Shown: positions 61,243-64,000 of the stretch, piece after piece
Numbering within the stretch: the first letter of the stretch is position 1
Layout: each line of letters begins with the position of its first letter
Assembly: GCA_965213675.1 (NCBI GenBank)
Contig: OZ243916.1
Coordinates: forward strand, 2,688,001 to 2,752,000
DNA length: 64,000 nt
Direction of reading: 5' to 3'
Source: an uncultured Candidatus Binatia bacterium
GTDB taxonomy: Bacteria; Desulfobacterota; Binatia; UBA9968; JAJDTQ01
Program-made: the position numbers and the translations under genes
The notes under the pieces: model-generated
The model's input: the letters and a program-made list of their open reading frames with translations, nothing else
What the model was told of the DNA's origin: nothing
Database searches by the model: none

Positions 61243-61413
61243 CGGCTCTCCCCCTTTCGGTATTTCCTGAAGAACTGCGTTGTGACGCACCGCACCAGAT
61301 TATTCGTTCGTCATTTCCCCTGTCAACGGGTATCGTGCCGGCCCCCTCGACCTCCCGGCCGCGCACCCATCCGCGTTGACGCCCCCTGCCGGGAACCGTA
61401 GACTGCCGGCTTC

Positions 61414-62964
61414 ATGTTCGGCTTCGGGTCGCTGCTTGGGCTGTCGCTCCTCGGCGGAGCGCTCATTGCCACTCCCTTCCTCTGGCCGGTCCTCTTTCCC
61501 CTGGCCTGGCTGGCTCCCGTCCCTTTGCTGGCGGCGATCGAAGGCGCCCGCAACTGGCGGCAGGCACTGTGGGCCGGAGCGCTTGCGGGAACGACTACCA
61601 TCGCCTTGGGGTTCCACTGGATCGTCGACACCGTGCACGTGTTCGGCGGGGTGAACTACGCCGTGGCCGCGGCGGCGTTCGCTCTCTTCGTCGCCTACGG
61701 CGCTCTCCCGTTCGTCGCATTGGCGGCGCTGGTGCGCGCGTGCGGGATGGGACCGCTCAGCGTTTTTCCCGCAACGTTCTGGGTCGCCATCCAGTTCTGG
61801 CATCCCAACCTGTTTCCCTGGTATCTCGCCGCGAGCCAGAACCCGTTCACCCTCCTGGTGCAGGCAGCGGACCTGACCGGACACCACGGCGTCACCTTCC
61901 TGTTGCTGTGGTGCGGCACCGCGCTCTACCAGTGCCTGCGCGCCCGCCGCGGGGGTGGGATGCCGCGTCGGGCAGCGTGGTCCCTGACGGTGGCCGGCGC
62001 CGTGTTGGCCGCGACCCTGGTTTACGGACAGGTGCGCCTGGCCCAGGTCGACCGTGCGACGAAGGAAGCCGCAACTCTCGACGTCGCGGTGGTGCAGGGC
62101 AACATTTCCATCGAGCGGAAGGGCAAGAACGCCTTTCTCAAGGCCAACCAAGCCACCTACAAGGCCCTGTCCCTGCAGAACGCGGACGCCGATGTGGTCA
62201 TCTGGCCGGAATCGGCCATGGAAACCTGGCTGCGCGAGAACGGCCAACGCATCCCCCCGAAACTCCTGCCCGCGCGCCACCCTTACATGATCGTGGGCGC
62301 CGTCAGCTACCGGCGCGAACCGGTGGTCCGCCTCCGCCGGTACAACAGCGCCGTGGCGGTGGACCCCGCGGGCGCGGTGGTGGGACGTTACCACAAGCGG
62401 GTGCTCCTCGCCTTCGGCGAGTACGTGCCGCTGGCATGGCTCATCGACTGGGTTCCGGGGGTGCAGGCCATCGGCGAAGGCTTCACCGCGGGCGAGGTCG
62501 CCACACCCTTCATCCTGCCCAAGGGTGCGCGGGCCGCGCCTCTCATCTGTTACGAGGACCTGATGCCTGCGCTCTCCCGCCACTTCGTGAGGAACCAACG
62601 CGCCAACCTCCTGGTCAACCTGACCAACGACGCGTGGTACGGGGACACCGCGGCGCCGTGGCAGCACGCATGGCTGGCGCAATGGCGCTCCATCGAGACG
62701 CGGCGGGCCATGGTGCGCGCCACCAATACCGGCGTCACCGCAGTCATCGATCCGGCCGGACGCATGTCCGAACCGCTGCCGGTGTTCAGCGAAGGGGTGC
62801 TGCGGGCCAGGGTGCCGCTACTGGAAATGGAGACCTTCTACGTGCGCCACGGCGACTGGTTCCCCTGGCTGATGACGGCGGTCACCGCGGCCGCCGCGGC
62901 CGGGATCGCTCGTAGACCGGGCCGGCGCCGGAAAACACGCGCCCAGCGGCGGCGAAGCATCTGA
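61414..62964 (+). CDS. lnt: Apolipoprotein N-acyltransferase
   Basis: TM N-terminus, VQGNI, WPES, K..L.FGEY, ICYE, TNDAWY, RATNTG. Confidence 0.93.
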   Translation: MFGFGSLLGLSLLGGALIATPFLWPVLFPLAWLAPVPLLAAIEGARNWRQALWAGALAGTTTIALGFHWIVDTVHVFGGVNYAVAAAAFALFVAYGALPFVALAALVRACGMGPLSVFPATFWVAIQFWHPNLFPWYLAASQNPFTLLVQAADLTGHHGVTFLLLWCGTALYQCLRARRGGGMPRRAAWSLTVAGAVLAATLVYGQVRLAQVDRATKEAATLDVAVVQGNISIERKGKNAFLKANQATYKALSLQNADADVVIWPESAMETWLRENGQRIPPKLLPARHPYMIVGAVSYRREPVVRLRRYNSAVAVDPAGAVVGRYHKRVLLAFGEYVPLAWLIDWVPGVQAIGEGFTAGEVATPFILPKGARAAPLICYEDLMPALSRHFVRNQRANLLVNLTNDAWYGDTAAPWQHAWLAQWRSIETRRAMVRATNTGVTAVIDPAGRMSEPLPVFSEGVLRARVPLLEMETFYVRHGDWFPWLMTAVTAAAAAGIARRPGRRRKTRAQRRRSI

Positions 62965-62966
62965 TC

Positions 62967-63116
62967 CAGGAGCCTGTCCGAGTATTCGGGAATGTACCGC
63001 AAGGCATGGAAACCGTGTAGGGGCACCCGCCAATCCCCCTTGCCCAGGGAGACTGTGATCGAATGGATTACGTTCGTGCCGAGGGTCGCGCAGCGAAGTC
63101 GGAGGACGGCTCCTGG
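62967..63116. mobile_element. Degenerate MITE-like element
   Basis: ccaggagcctgtccga ... tcggaggacggctcctgg imperfect inverted ends enclosing REP-like fragments. Confidence 0.35.
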
Positions 63117-63665
63117 TCAGGCCGGACGGAACTCTTCAAGCGCCCGCAGCATCCCGTCCACGGTGTCGGCGACGAGCAGCTTGTCGCGGTGCTTCTCCTT
63201 GAGGAATCCCTGTTCCACCGCGTGGTCGAGGAAACCGATGAGGTGTGCGTAGTAGTCCATCACGTTGAGCAGCCCGCAGGGCTTGGAGTGAAAACGGAGC
63301 TGCAGCCAGGTGATCATCTCGGCGATCTCTTCGAGCGTACCGTAGCCACCCGGCAGCGCGATGAACCCGTCCGAAAGGCTTTCCATCAGCGCCTTGCGCT
63401 CGTGCATGGAAGCCACCACCCTGAGTTCGGTGAGATTCGAGTGTACGACCTCGTTCATCATCAGCGCCGTGGGAATGACGCCAATGACGTCGCCGCCCTC
63501 CTCCAGGGCCGCGTCGGCCACGCAGCCCATGAGGCCGATGGAGGCGCCGCCATAGACCACACCAATACCGCGGCGCGCCAGTTCCCGCCCCAATGACGCC
63601 GCCGTCCCGGCGTACTCCTCCAGCACGCCGGTGCTGGAGCCGGAAAAGACACAGACTCGCTTCAT
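63117..63665 (-). CDS. LOG family nucleotide phosphoribohydrolase
   Basis: VYGG..GLMG, MHERK, PGGYGTLEE. Confidence 0.92.
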   Translation of the reverse strand: MKRVCVFSGSSTGVLEEYAGTAASLGRELARRGIGVVYGGASIGLMGCVADAALEEGGDVIGVIPTALMMNEVVHSNLTELRVVASMHERKALMESLSDGFIALPGGYGTLEEIAEMITWLQLRFHSKPCGLLNVMDYYAHLIGFLDHAVEQGFLKEKHRDKLLVADTVDGMLRALEEFRPA

Positions 63666-64000
63666 TCAAGCTCCCGGATCATGACGCCCGGCCGGCGCGG
63701 GGCTGTCCGTGGCGCCCGGTTCCTGGGAAACCAGCCTGAGCCCGACGATGCCGGCCAGGATCAGCGCGATGCACACGAACCGCAACGCGTCCCTCGATTC
63801 CCCAAAAAAGATCATGCCCAAGGTCACCGTGCCCACGGCGCCGATGCCAGTCCACACGGCGTAAGCCGTGCCCACCGGCAGGGTCTTCACCGCCAGCGAC
63901 AGGAAATAGATACTCACTCCCATGGTTGTGATCGTCACCACGCTCGGCCACAGGCGGGAGAACCCCGCCGTGTACTTGAGCCCGACAACCCAGAACACTT
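63666..64000 (-). CDS. SMR transporter, Gdx/SugE-like, 5' truncated by window edge
   Basis: [29 protein letters not shown]. Confidence 0.88.
   Translation of the reverse strand, partial: VFWVVGLKYTAGFSRLWPSVVTITTMGVSIYFLSLAVKTLPVGTAYAVWTGIGAVGTVTLGMIFFGESRDALRFVCIALILAGIVGLRLVSQEPGATDSPAPAGRHDPGA

Noticed and set aside
63666-64000. Guanidine riboswitch for the SMR gene
   Set aside because: Its leader lies beyond the window edge and cannot be assessed

Overview
High-GC bacterial chromosomal window. Gene content suggests an uncultured Deltaproteobacteria/Binatia-like organism (inference only). Most of it is a dense mosaic of catabolic enzyme genes: alpha/beta hydrolases, amidohydrolases including a LigJ-like one, acyl-CoA dehydrogenases, a CoA ligase and transferase, crotonases and an HpsN-like HisD paralog. 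Housekeeping genes include selA-selB-selD, with selD encoding an in-frame UGA selenocysteine followed by a SECIS-like hairpin, plus trmJ-like, Fpg/Nei, accBC, a Cu-type ATPase, lnt, LOG and SMR. Small, visibly AT-richer islets with defence/conflict character are interspersed: a Phd-RelE/ParE toxin-antitoxin pair, a Schlafen(AlbA_2)-HATPase + ParA operon, AAA+DUF4143 and TcmP + DUF5131. There is also a non-prophage switch made of a CI/LexA-like repressor, an orphan ORF and a WYL regulator. Intergenic DNA holds at least three REP-like families, several MITE-like elements, an IS4 remnant and a probable vapC remnant. No rRNA, tRNA (selC not seen) or CRISPR array was found. All family assignments are from motif recognition, not database searches.
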